Source: Neocallimastix sp. 'constans' (Eukaryota). Taken from it: DNA of 64,000 nt. The notes beneath the pieces are model-generated. The model was not told where the DNA came from. It saw nothing but the letters and a program-made list of their open reading frames with translations, and did not search any database. The stretch lies in the NCBI GenBank assembly GCA_050613775.1, contig JBODTK010000010.1, forward strand, positions 682,001 to 746,000. The letters are read 5' to 3'. The translations under genes were made by a program, and so were the position numbers. The stretch's first letter is position 1, and every line of letters begins with the position of its first letter. This document shows positions 42,203-57,400 of this stretch, one piece after another.

Positions 42203-44782
42203 TTAATCTTCAGAAGCTTTAACTTCTTCTGGAACATCATTGTATGAATCATCAACAATATGACCAGCAGCAATTTGCTTTTCTCTACCATCAACATTTA
42301 ATTGTTTAAGTTGTTCAATCAATGCATGACCATGATTGGCTGGCTTAGCAGTATCCTTTTCATTAACAGCTTCTTCCCAAGTGTCTTCAACTTGTTCATC
42401 TTCGAAAGATTCCTTAATTCTTGGAGAACCTGGAGCACTTGGTGGACGTGGGATCTTTCTAGTTCTACGACCACGAATAGTTTCTTCACCTTCACTGTAA
42501 ACACCAGCATCATGAACTTCTTCCTTATTATCTTCATCATCAACTTCTTCGAATAAGGCAGCTTCTGGCCACTTTCTACGAATAGCAACCCATCTTGCCT
42601 TTTGGTATTCAATACCCATACGTTTCCAATCTAATAAGTCACTAAGACGTTCAGTACGGTTACGTTGGTTAATACGTTGACGACGAGACTTTTGAGAGAA
42701 GTCAAACATAAAGTCAGTTAATTGTTGAACAGATTCTTCAATACCACGCATACGTCTATCAACAATGTAAATACCATAGTCATTTGGATGAGTAATCATT
42801 TCTTCCATGAAACAACCGAAACCAGAAAGGTTAGTAGTAATAGATGGAACACCCATAACAGTACATTCAGCTGGAGTGTAACCCCATGGTTCATAGTAAC
42901 TTGGGAAGACACCAAGGTGACAACCACGAACGAATTCTTCATAATCCATACCAATTAATGGGTTATTCTTGTTAAGGAATTCTGGATGGAAGATAATCTT
43001 AACACGATCACTTGGAGAGTTGAATAATTGACAACGACGAATGTGGTTAAGAATTGGATCGTGACTATCATCAGCCATGTTGTGGGTAGTAATTGGTGGT
43101 AAGTTAGCTCTCTTTAAGGCATAAATTCTTCTCTTTAATACAATTTGTTCTTCATCAGAAAGAATGTGTTCCATATCTGGATATTGACCTCTGGCAGCAG
43201 CATCTAAGATACGCTTACCAATCATTTCTTGCATTTCACCAACAGTTTGTCTTAATTGTTTCATGACAGCTTGACCCTTTAAAGCATCAACAGAGAAGTT
43301 GTGAGTAGCAGCTGGCATAATAATGAAAGCAACAACAGTAACTGGAGAGTTGTAGTGCTTCAAACGACCATTAAGACGAGCTAATGATTCAATGTACATA
43401 TCAACACCCTTGTTACGGTATTCATAACGACCAGAAGTGAAGAAATATAAAGTATTATCTAAATCGAAATCAAAGTGACCATAGAAGTGACCACGAATAA
43501 ATTCATTAATCTTTTCCTTATTTTGGGCGTGTAAATTTTGGAATTCATGAATAGCACTGAATTTAACAACATTTAAACCATTTGGTAAAACACCATCTGG
43601 CTTACGCTTTAATAACCATTCACTTTCATAGGCAGTAATGTGAGAAACAGTAGTGAAGACATCAGCACAGTGAGCAGCACCACGTTCAATACAGTAACGG
43701 TGGTAAATTTGACGTTTACCAGCTTCGGCATCAACATCAAAATACTTTAAGTTATTGTAGAAATCAACATCACCAGCACATAAGTAACGACCTAATAAGG
43801 TAGCGTGAGTAGTGAAAATAGTAGCAACTGGTAAATTACGCTTACGAATTAAAATTAAAGCTACACCAGCTAACCATTCGTGGAAGTGAGCAATAATTAA
43901 TGGATGATCAGCAGCATGGTAGTTAGAATAAATTGATGGACGTTGAGTAACTGGATGTATTAACTTGTAATTTGTTAAATCGTTTGCAGTTGGAGAAATT
44001 TGGAAATCAGATGGAACCTTGTGTGCCTTAGTATTTAAACGATGAGAGAATTCACCTAAGAACCAAGCAACTAAGTAACCGAAAACAATAGCTTCATTAG
44101 TTTCAAAATCATCTGGTGGTGATGGGACACCAGCAACACACCATAAATCAGTCTTCCATTCATTCATACGGTTGTGAGCGGATGAAATATCGAAAAGTAA
44201 GACTGCTGGAGCACCTTCAATAAGCCAACGACCATATAAGAAGTGAATACCACTATTCTTCATGGATTCTAAGGTCTCCTTTAATGGTTGAGAAGTTGGT
44301 TCAATTTCTTCAACTTCCATTGGAGCAGTTTTCCAGGATAATGGACCAATTAAACAGTAATGGTCACCATATTCACCAGCAGTAACTGGAGTCTTAGTCT
44401 TAATAACAGTGTAAATACCACCAACTATAGATTATTATTAAAATTTTCATTATATTATTTTTATTATAATTTATTTTGTTATTAATTAATAATTTTTTTT
44501 CATTTGTTTGTTTTTCATTCATTATAATTAATTTTTTTATTAAAAAATTCCATTTCATTGAATTTTTATAATAATTAATAATAATTTTTAAATAAGAATA
44601 TTAATAAAAGAAATTTTATATTTAATTAATAAAAAATACAATACATTTTTTGTTGTTATTATTATTATTAAAAATTAAATAATTTTATTTATATTAATTA
44701 TTTAAATATTACCTTTGTTAGCAACTTCCCAAGCAACTTCAAAAAGAAGTGGCTTACTCATATCAACGTTTTCGTTCGCCAT
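42203..44782 (-). CDS. GSY: Glycogen synthase (GT3 family), 2 exons (44782-~44713, ~44425-42203)
   Basis: [81 protein letters not shown] and the C-terminal RPPSAPGSP phospho-cluster. Strong codon bias. Confidence 0.98.
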
Positions 44783-47700
44783 TTTTTTATTTACTATTCA
44801 TAATTTTAAATTATTTTAAACAAAATTTATTATTAGTTTATCAATTAGTATTTATTTTATTATTGCTTATACATCATCTCTTAACTCAATAATATAATAA
44901 CTTTCATATAAAATAAATAATAAATAAATACATACATATATAAATATTTTATTTTATTTGTTTAAAATGTATTAATAAATTATAGTAAATAAGAATATTT
45001 TTTTTTTTATTATTTTATCTTTTTTTAATTATTATAAAAAAAGAATATAAATATATATTATATTAATTTTTAGGATTTATTTAATATTTATTTACAAAAA
45101 AGTTTTTTTCCAAAATAATAAAGAAAAGAAATAAATTCCTTTATTCTTTATTATAATAAAATTAATATATCTATATAAAAAGATTTAATTATATTTTAAG
45201 TGTAAAGTAATAAACAAACGAAGAAGAAATTTTTGATTTCTTATATACTAAAAAAAATTATAAATTTTTTTTTTTAAAATACATAAAATATTGAATTTTA
45301 TTAAATTTACCATTTTTGATACTAATTAAATCTTATTTACTATTACTTTACTGATATTGTAATAAATGATTCAAAAGATTTCATTTATTAATTAATAAAT
45401 TATTTATATATGTATAATATATATAATAATTCTTTTTTTTTCTATTTATTTAATTTTATTTAATTATATTATTTATTTTCTTTTTTTTATTTTATTTTAT
45501 TTTATTTTTTTTTATTTTATTTTATTTTATTTTATTTTATTTTATTATTTATTTAATATTTAATATTATAATCTTATTCATTTTTTTAATTAACTTTATT
45601 TTTAATAATTATAAAAGTTTTAATTAATTAATATGTAGTAATTCTCAATTGTAATATATATTTATATTAAATTAAAATAATTAATAAATTAATAAATTGA
45701 AAAAAAGAAAAAAATGTATTTAAATCATAATAGGAATTATTAAAAAAAAAAAAAAAAAAAAAGGTAAAAAAGAAAAAAAATAAAATGAATATGAAAAAAA
45801 ATAAATAAAATTAAAATAAAATTAAACTTTGTATATTTTTAATTATTGAATAAAATAAACCAAAATGAATAATATATCATATATCATATATCATATAATA
45901 TATATCATAAAATAAAAAAAAAAATTATAAAATTATAGAATAAAAAATTAAAAATAAATAATTAAAAAAAAATTAAAAAAAAAATTAAAAAACAATAATA
46001 AAAACAATAATATTGTTTTTAGTATTGATGATATTTGAAAAAATAAATATACAAAATTTTATACATTGTATAAATTTATATTTATTAAATTATAATAGAT
46101 TATACACTACTATTATTTAAATTATTTAAAATTAATATATATCGATAATTATTATTATTATTATTACTTAACTTTACTATTATAACTTAACTTCATTATT
46201 ACCATTATAATAATAATTATTATTATTACTTAACTTCATTTTTATTATTATTATTTCTCTAATATTAAAGAATTCTAACTATAATTTGAAAATAAACACA
46301 ATAATAAATCATCTTAAATAAATATTTTTCTTCACTATATTTACATAAAATATACAAAAAATTTGTTAATTGAAAATTTTTTAAAGTTTATTCTATATAT
46401 TAACTATTTTATAATTAAAATATAAAAAAGTAAAACTAGAAGTAATTAAACAAACATAAAAATAAATAAATAAAAAAATATTAAATATTAATGATTATAA
46501 TAATAAATAACTTTTTTTATTTTGAATTTAATAAATAAAGTAATAAAGATTATATATTATTAGTATAACAATTATTTAATGGTTATATCTCTATAAGAAT
46601 TTTATATTATTTCCTCTATATTGTATTATTTGTTACTCTTATTAAATTTCAAGTTTTTTTTTTTTTTTTTTTTTTGACTCCACACCAAATATCATTATTT
46701 ATAATTAAAATATATAATACGGTTTTTTTTTTTTTTTAATTTTTTATTAATTTAAATAGATAATTAATAATATAATTAAATTTAATAAAATTGAAAAATT
46801 ATATTGTTAATTGCTTTTAAAATAATTAATTATTCCATCGATTTATTTACCTATTTATTATATAATAAATTATTTCAATAAAACAAAAAAAAAAAGTAAT
46901 TATAATAAAATAATTATTAATTATTAATAATTTTTATATTATTTATTATTATATTTAACTATAATTTAATTATAATTAAATATCATTTTCAATTAAAAAA
47001 AAAAAATAAATGGTAATTTACTAAAAGAAAAGAAAAGAAAAAAAAAAGTTCTATTATATCTTTAAAATTAACATTTATATTTATTTATTTATTTATAATT
47101 ATTTAATAATAAATAGTAGCTATTTTATTTTTAATTATTATTTAATTGTTAACTTCTAGCTATAAATTCTTGCTATCTCTTTATGATTTATTACTAATTT
47201 TTATAATCGACTATTTTGATTTATTTTTATTGTTAACTTTTTATCTGTTATCATTGAAACAAATTTTTTAAAAAAAGTAAAACTTCATTAATGATTAAAA
47301 TTTTAGAATTGTGATTAATTAATTTGTTAAAATTATTTTATTATTATTCCATTTTATTATTAATAAAAAAAAGTTTTTTTTCTTTTTTCTCCTTAATTTA
47401 AAACAAATGAAATAATAAAAATAAATAAATATAAATATAAATACTATCAAAAGAAATAATAACATTAATAAATTAATAAGGAAAAGTAAAATAATGGACT
47501 ATAATTTTATATAAATATATATATTAGAAATAATATAAATTTTAAGATATAATAAAATTTTAATTTTATTATATCTTTTTTTTTTTTTTTTTTTTTTGAA
47601 TATATTATGTTTTTTAATTAATTCAATATATATTATAGATATAATAATTTTTCTATTTTTCATTTTCTGTAATTTTACGGTTTTAATTGATATTAAAAAA

Positions 47701-48512
47701 TAAAAAATAACAGCCAATAATAATACTTTATTAATTAATGATCCATATAAATCATAATATATTATAATTAATAAAATTTATATATATAAATTAGTTTAAT
47801 ACAATATATATTGATCAATAATTAATTTAAGTAAAGGTAAAATAGAGTATGACAATTAATGATAAGAGGAAAAGTTAAATATATAAAATATATATATATT
47901 TACTTCATAGCTCAAAGATAATAGTAAAAATAATTAATCATATCAATTAGTAATTAATTTAAAATTATATTTATTTAGTATTAATTAGCAATTAATAAAT
48001 ATATTAATAAAAATATACATAAAATACAAATAATGACATATTTATTAACATTACATATTTATATTAAATTTTTATTTACTTATCAATAATTATAAACATT
48101 TTATCTTTATAATATTACTTATAGTTAACTATTTGTATTAGTATAAAAAAAAAGATTAATAATAAAATTATATATATAAAAAAAAATGTTAAAATGTTAA
48201 CAATACATAAATTGCATTATATATTACTATTACATTTATTATATTCTAGAGTCATTAGACTCAACTTTTTTTTTTATTCTTCTCTAATAATTATCACTGA
48301 AAGTAATTATTTAATTATTTTTTATAAATATATAAAAACTTTAAAAATATCTGATTAATTTTAAAAATAATGATTACTAAAAAAGGAAATAATTATTTAC
48401 ATTTTCAATAATATTTTGAAATATGTATTAGAATGTATTAGATCATTATATATACATAATTTGAAGAAATATAAATAACAACAAAAACAAAAAAAATAAT
48501 ATAATTATTAAA

Positions 48513-48517
<5 letters not shown>

Positions 48518-48573
<56 letters not shown>
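48518..48573. repeat. (TAA)n microsatellite
   Basis: Read directly. Confidence 0.9.
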
Positions 48574-48574
<1 letters not shown>

Positions 48575-51090
48575 TCAAAATTTTGAATATTAATAAAATT
48601 AAAATAATATTGTATTGATAAATTAAAAATATATATCATAAAATTGTAATACTTTTTAAATAATTAAAATATTCTAAAATGGTTTAAATTTACTACATAT
48701 CTTTACTTTAAATACAGAAAATTTAAAGTTTTAAAAATTCAGATTAACACCTTTTAAAAATAAAAATAAAAATAATTCCAATGATTATTCCAATAATTAT
48801 TAAAAAAAAATAGGATTAGATTTACATGTAATAGTAATAATACTCAATTATTCATTTATATAAATAAATAATGTTATGATTTTAAAAACGTTTTTTTTTT
48901 TTTTTTTTATATATGATAATAATTTAATATTTTTTATGTGGATAACTTGTATATAATTGAACAAATATTTAAAATTTATATTCAAATATTTATATGTGTG
49001 AACATTAGTTTAAAATATTATACAATAATTAAAAAGTATATAAAAAGAACTGTAGTTCAAATTACAATATCACTCCATATATTAATATAAAATAAAAATA
49101 AAAATATAAAAAAAAAAAATAAGAAGATAAAACTCTTTCAAATGATATTCAATATTTAAAAGTTTTATTAAACAACACATGATGTTATATAATATGTTAA
49201 AATAATTGATAAAGTATTATTATTTTTATACATATATATAAAAAAATTTTATTTATAATAAATATTAATGAATGAAAAGAAAACTATATTTAACTCATGC
49301 CTCTTTAATATCTATTGAAGTAGTACTTTTTTTATATATATATATAAAAAAAGATAAAAGTTAATATTAACCTTTTATTATTAAAATTTAAAAAATTGCT
49401 TATTGAAAGTGAACTAGTAAAATAATTTGATTTAACAATTTATTATTTAATATTATATTTATTATTACAATTCCTAATATTGTAATGCATATTAATAAAA
49501 TAAATAGTTATTAACACTTCCATTTATTATAATTCTTTTACTAATGAATGCTATCTTTTTTTTCTCTCTAATTCTGTTTAAATTATTTATTTTTATTTTT
49601 TTTTAATAAATATAAAAAATATTATTAATATTAATAAATAAACATTATAACAATAAATAATAAATTATAATAGTATAGTAAAAATTATTTAATATGAATT
49701 ATTAAATTAATATAATTTATTAATTTAAGTATAAAAAAAAAAAATAAAAATAAATTTTAATTTTTTTTTTTTTTCCCTTCAAATGAACAATAATAGTAAT
49801 GTTTAAAATTTTTTAATTTTTAATTTTTTAATTTTTAATTTTTCATGTAAACTTTTCGTTTCTAATTGATTTCAATTATGCATTAATATATAATAAATAT
49901 TTATTCTCTTAATATATTTATTTATATTTCATTTAATATATTACGCTTTTCACAAAATTATTATCTATAATATTATATTTAAACTTTGTTAATTTTAATT
50001 AAAAATCTTTTATATTATTATTTTATCCTTATATAGTAATAATTAAAAAAAAGATGAAATTAATTAATCTTAAAAAGGATAAAGACAAAAAAATAAAAAT
50101 AAAAAAAACATTTTTCTGTATTAATATTTCCTTAAACTCGAATATTATAATATTTTAATGTATTACAATAATACACAAATCTATTTAATTAATTTAATAG
50201 TTAAATATTTAAAAAAGTGATACTACATTCAATTATTCACTATTACTTTGAAAAAATGAATATATTATTCCATTATTTAATAATATTTGGACAACCATCA
50301 TCAGAAAAATTTTGATTATATATATTATTTTTTATTTTTTAAATCAAACATTAATAATAATTTTATAATAATTTTATAATAATTTATAATTTTATTATAA
50401 TTAAAATGAAATCATTTTAATTTTAAATAATAAATAAATAAATAATAATAATTAATAATTAATAATAATAAATAGTAAACAATTTAACTAATATAATAAT
50501 AGTAAATAATAATAAATAATAAAGTGTAAATAATAATAATAAAGTGTAAATAATTATAAATAATGATAAGTAAATATAAATATTATATATTATTTTTTTA
50601 TTATTAATTAAAATGTTTAATTCTTTCGGATTCAATAATAATAATAAATAAGTAGATTCAATATAAATATTAAAATAATATTTTTAATTCGAAATATATA
50701 TATTTGAAACTTTATATAAATTATATGTAATTATATAATGTACTTTTTTTAATTTAGTTAAACATCATTATTATATTTTTTTATACAATTAATAATAATG
50801 ATAGTAATAATAAAAATAGTATTAATAATAACAAATAATAATAATAATAGTAATAATAGTAATAATAATAATAATAATAATTATATGTTATTATATAATG
50901 TATTTCTTTTTTTATTTCAGTTAAATACTATTATTATATTTTTTATACAATACATAATAAATAATAGTAATAATAATAATAATAATAATAAATTCTATAT
51001 CATAATTATTATTTTATTTTAATTTTTAAATTAGGAATGTTTAATAAATTTGAAATATTTAAATAAAATTTGATATTATGATAAATAAAA

Positions 51091-51217
51091 GAGCGTCGAC
51101 GCCGAAATGGTATGGCATGGGAGCACTTTGTTGTATCCTGATACACCCGCTATAAAGTTTATCTGATATTAATTGTCTGTTGTGGCTGGGATGATATGAT
51201 CAAGACTTACAAGGGAT

Positions 51218-51250
<33 letters not shown>
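51091..51250 (+). mobile_element. 160-bp LINE-derived 3' stub with poly(A) and TSD
   Basis: GAGCGTCGACGCCGAAATGGTATGGCATGG aligns to element b (31477-31448). A28 tail; TSD TGATAAATAAAA at 51079-51090 and 51251-51262. Confidence 0.88.
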
Positions 51251-52835
51251 TGATAAATAAAAATAAAATAATGAATTTAAAAAAAAATGACATTTATTAA
51301 ATATGTGTAAAATATTTAAAACTAAAGATTTTATTTTTATTATTGATTGTTTATATTTTGTTTCAATTATTCTTACTAAATTTATTACATATGTAAAAAT
51401 TATAATAAAATTATAATACAAATAAAACAACAATATTTATGTCTTGAAGTCTTGAAATATTAATAAAAGAAAACTTATTAAACACATTCATTATTTTTCA
51501 TTAGCAATTAAATTATTCTATTTTTATATTTTATATTCGAAAAAAAAATATTATATATATATATAAATAATATTTTTATATAAAAAATAAAAAAATAAAA
51601 TTTTATCATTTATTTGTTTATTTTTGTGTTTATCTATTTATTGATGTATTTATTGTATTTATTTATTTATGTATTTATTATTAATTAAATAATTTTAAAA
51701 ATAATAATAATAAATCTATATATATATAAATTTTATACTTAATAGATTCTATATATCTTATATAAATATATATATATAATTTTCCTTTATCTTTTATCTT
51801 TGCTGTATAATTTTTAAATATTAATTAGATTAATATATTTCTGTTCACTATAAAAATTATATCTTTTTTTTTTTTTTTTTTTTATAAATATATATATATA
51901 TTTAAATATAATTATTAATGCAAAATATAAAAAATACAGAAATCTATATTACCACTATATATTTATCCATTTGATATAATTATAATTTAATAATTACTTA
52001 TAATTGATTATAGTATCTTTAATAGTAATATATAAATATTAACATTAATTATATATTATTTAGGTCTTTTTTTTTTTTTTTTTTACTTCTATACATAAAT
52101 TATATTTTAATATATATTTTTCTTCAAATTAATAATACTTAACTTTAATTAAATATTTATTTACAGTGTTTTATCTTTTAAGATATATATAAATTATGTA
52201 ATTTACAATAATAATAATTGTATTAAATAATAATTAATAAAAAAAGTTGCTGCTTATTTATTTTTTCTTTTTTAAGATTTTGAAATTTTTCATATATTAA
52301 TTAATACTAGAAATGATTAGGTTATATTAATGTAATAAAAACTTTATATATAAAATTTTTGCATTAATGCTACAATTAATTTAATATTTAAAATTCTATG
52401 TTTAAGATTTTAAAATACATTTTTCCCTTCAAGTTGTAATGATTATTATAATATTATTTTATAATATCTATTTCAATTTTTAATATGTTAAGTTCTTTTT
52501 ACATATCTTTTATATATGTTCATATTTTCTAGTTAATTTCTTATAATTATCGTACAAAATGAATATAAAAGATTCAAATATTTAATATTTTATCATTATA
52601 ATCTCCTTATAAAAACTTCAATATATATATATATTTTAAAATACATTTATATATATTTTATATTTTACACTATTTCAATTATATATTTATATTAAAATGA
52701 TAATGAAAATTATATGATGAATAAAACTATTTACAATACAAAATTTTCTTTTTTTTTTTTTTTTTTTTTTTTGTCTTTTCTATTATTATTATTATAATTA
52801 TAAAATTTGTTAAATACTTTTAAAAATATTAAAAT

Positions 52836-52881
<46 letters not shown>

Positions 52882-53077
52882 CATTTTTATTATTAATTTT
52901 AACTATTATAATTTTTTATTTTTGTATTTTTCAAATTTTATAAAGGATGAAATTATATCTATCTTTAAAAGATAAATATATATATTTATATTTATAAATA
53001 TATTTAAATATTTATAATATATGCCATTTATCAATTATTTAATAATAATTAAATGAATTTTTTTTTAAGAGATAATA

Positions 53078-53351
53078 GAGCTTCAACGCTGAAAATACAG
53101 TAAGATAGGCTAGCAGGGTCAATGTCTCTGAAGGAGAAGACCATAATTTCTTTCAGATAAGTCAATTCAAACCCTAATCCATAAGGAGGTGAAGTTTCGT
53201 TGGATGGGTAACTTTTTTCTGAATTTATTTATACACTTTATTTTTGATGATGACTTTTTATTTCACGTTACTATTTCAATTATTATTATGTTCAAATTGG
53301 ATAAATAATATTTATTTATTTATTTATTTATTTATTTATTTTATTAATTCT

Positions 53352-53407
<56 letters not shown>

Positions 53408-53477
53408 TATTAAAATTAAAAGTATTCATGTATTTTATATTCGCAATAATTGCAGCTATAGAAAAAAAAAAAAAAAA
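53078..53477 (+). mobile_element. 400-bp 3' stub of LINE family d with poly(A) and TSD
   Basis: Colinear with the reverse complement of 34960-35313. TSD TTAAGAGATAATA at 53065-53077 and 53478-53490. Confidence 0.93.
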
Positions 53478-54051
53478 TTAAGAGATAATAATAATATTAA
53501 AAAAAAAAAAAAAAAAAAAATTAAGAGATAATAATAATATTAAAAAAAAAAAAAAAAAAAAAAAATTAAGAGATAATAATAATATTAATAATATTAATAA
53601 AAAAAAATAATAATTTTTTTTTCAATGAATATATATTTTCGTTTTGGCTTTTGGCTTTTGGTTTTATTTGCTATATATCATAAAAGCTTTTTCAACTCAA
53701 AAAAAAAGATTTATATATATATATATATTTAAATAAAATTTAATTTTTTTTTTTTTTTTTATTTAAATTTTTTTATATATTATAAACAAAGACACATTCA
53801 TATATATATATATATATTTATTTTCTAGAAAAAAAAAAAAATTTTTTTTTTTTTTTTAATACTAAACCGTAAATATGTAATACCATGAATCTATAGGAAT
53901 ATATCATTATGATTAGGTAATATCAATCTAATTCATAATGTTGTACCATAAAAATATAAGCTATATTAACTATTGTTTGATGATTATTTTTATTACTTAT
54001 TTATTTATTTATTTGTTTTTTTATTTTATTTTATTTTATTTTATTTTATTT

Positions 54052-54113
<62 letters not shown>

Positions 54114-54491
54114 TTGTATATTTAAATATATTTAAATAAGAAAAGTTTAAGATAAAAAAAAAAAAAAAAACAAGATAATATATATATATATTAAATTAAG
54201 TTTTGTATAGGAAATAAAAGTAAAATTGAAAAAATAAAATAAAATAAAATAAAATAAAATATTAATATAAATAAAAATATAAATATAAAAATTATATATA
54301 TAAGAAAAAAAAAAAAAAAAAAAAAAAAAAGAAAAAGAAAAATTATTAATAAATATATATATATAAATATATTATTATTATTATTATTATTTCCTTTATA
54401 CATTATATATTTTAATTTTTTTTTTTTTTTATTATTATTTTATTATTTTTTTTTTATTTTATTTTTTAACCTTTTATATTATTTATATAAT

Positions 54492-57400
54492 TTAATCAGA
54501 TTCCAAAATTTCACCTTCTTCTAAGGATTCTTTATCTTCACTACCTTCACTATCTTCGTCTTCAGTAGCTTTTTTAATTGTTATTGCTTTATGAGCTTCT
54601 AATTCTAGTTTTCTATTATTTTCTTCTTCAAGTTTCTTACGTAATAAATTTAAATTATTATTAACTTCAGCAACAGTTGATGCAGAGACTTTTGAATTAC
54701 CTACACTTACACTATTACTAATACTACTATTCAGTGAGGAATTAGATCTATTACTTGTTAAAGAACTATTAATTTTAGAAATATTTAAATTACTATTACT
54801 CTTACTTAATGATCCACTGGTATTATGATTATTATGACTATTATTGGTATTATTATTTTTATAACTTGGTGAAGAAATTGAATTATGACCTCCATTTGTC
54901 TTAAAACCAGTATTGTATGTAGAATTATTATTTTTATTATTATTATTATTATTGTTAGTAGTAGTAATAGTAGTAGTTGTAGTAGTATTGGTAGTAGTAG
55001 TAGTAGAATTATTACTACTAATATTATTATGAGTGTTAGCATTGATGGTAATAGTAGGACTAGTGGTTGTAGAAGTAATGGTGGTATTAGAATTGATTTT
55101 AATTTTAGAATCATTATTGGTATTATTATTAATAATAATATTATTATTATTGTTATTATTATTGTTGTTGTTGTTGCTGTTATGATTTGTGTTATTCGTA
55201 GTATTCATGGATGAATTGGAAGTAAGATTATTAAGACTTGAATTACTACTATTATAGGATTTTGTACCTTCTAATTTATTCTTTTTCATTATTGTATCAG
55301 TATTATGAGAAGTTGAAGTAATAGTAGCGTTAATCGAAGTTCCTGTAGTCATATTATTATTATTTCTAAGATTATCATTGAATGAATTTATATTATATGA
55401 AGATGATGTTGTTGGTCTAGAATCTATTATAGAATTTTTTAATTTATTATTATTAGCACTATTTGATAAACCATTTGAATTTGAATTTGAATTTGAATTT
55501 AAATTGCTTTTTGTATTTGTATTGACTGTACTGTTGTTATGACCAATATTAGTACTAGAATTATTACTATTATTGGTATTATTATTATTAGAACGATTAG
55601 TAAATGAATTTAATACAGTACCTTTCATTTCAACATCTTCTACTACTTCACCTTCTTCTGTTTCACTATTATTACCTCCAGTGACTTGACTATAATAACT
55701 ACTTACACTCCCTGTACTACTTTTTTTTATTCTCATACGATTATTATTAGGAGGATAACTATTACCTCCCATTGAATTTGAATTAAAATTATTATTACTA
55801 TTATTAGAAAAACTACCATTATGTATCACTTTTTTATCTTTTATTCTTATATCTTTATCATCATCATTTCCTCCAATACCATTATTCCTTCTTTTGTCAT
55901 TTGGATTATTTGAACGAATAAACATCTTTCTACTATTATTATTATTATTATTATTGTTGTTATTGTTAATGTTATTATTATTGTTGTTGTTACTAAAATT
56001 ATTACCATTTCTACCTAAATTACTATTATTATCATAAGAAGAAGAAAGTGATGAAGAGGAGACATTTGAATGATTATTATTTTTCATCCCAGGATTATAT
56101 TTATTATTTTGACTTCCATATTTTGGCATATTTTTATTTTTTAAACTATTATAATTTATATTTGGAGAATTACTGTTGTTAGGATGTGATGAAGTGGAAG
56201 AATGCATATGACCATGAATAGAGAAATTAGAATGATTACCATGAGATTGTATATAATTGTTTTTATGACTATGATTATGACCTGGACTATCAGAATACTT
56301 CGAAGATATATCCCCCTTTTTTAATGGAACTGGACTATTTGAACGGGATAAAATTGGTGATTTATTGTAACCATAATTTTGCATATCTTTATATTTATCA
56401 GAATGTCTATCTGAATATTTATCTGAATATTTATCATTATATTTATCATTATATTTATCATTATATTTATTATCAATCGAATTAAATTTATTTCCGCTCT
56501 TGATACTTTCTTCACTTTTCATAGAACCTAAATAACTATCTCTGTCCCTATCCCTGTCTCTGTCTCTTTCTCTTTCTCTATCTCTATCGCGATCTCTATC
56601 ACGTTCTCTATCTCTATCTCTATCTCTTTCTCTATCTCTACTTTTATTTCTATCTCTTTCTTTATCTTTTGATTTATCTCTATTATCAGAACCTGAACTA
56701 ACATAATTTTTATTATTGTGACTATTATTATAACTTGGTGACCCAATATTTTCTTTTCTATCATCTTTGCTTCCACCATATTTATTATAGCCATATGGTT
56801 TATCTTTCATTGAACTACTATTATTTCTATTATCAGAATCATAAAATGATTTTTTATTATCATTATTATTACTATCTTTCCTATATTTATTTGAATCGCG
56901 ATCATAAAATTCGTTATCACGATTAGAATGATAAGTTGGCGATTTTGTATTATAAAAAGAAGATTTTATTTTTGTATCAGAATCGCCTGGATTGAAATTT
57001 TCACGATTATATTTTGAATCAGAAATAAGAGAATCATTTGATTGTGATTTATGTATTAACTCTTTTGAACCTAAAGGTAAAGACGAATATGAACTAGATT
57101 TTGATATATCATTTGAATTTTCAGATATATTAATATTATTTTTAAATCTATCTGTAGATTTTGAATCATCATGTAATTTATAAATTGATCCGTTGTTCAT
57201 TGAAGTAGAAGATGAATTACTAGCAGAACTTAAAGTAGATGAAATAAAAGAAGTTGAATTATTGTCATTTCTTTTATTTATTTTTGGTTCAAATGAATTA
57301 GATTGATTTTCTTTTTTTACATTAGAATTATTAGAATTATCAACTTTTGATGGTTCTAAAGTGGTATTATTATTCAAATGTAAAGAGTGTTTCATTAAGC

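Noticed and set aside
51091..51120. Resemblance of GAGC...GAAA...AU to group II intron domain V
   Set aside because: The AGC is not closed by an adjacent complementary strand, the GAAA loop is not conserved among copies and there is no domain VI.
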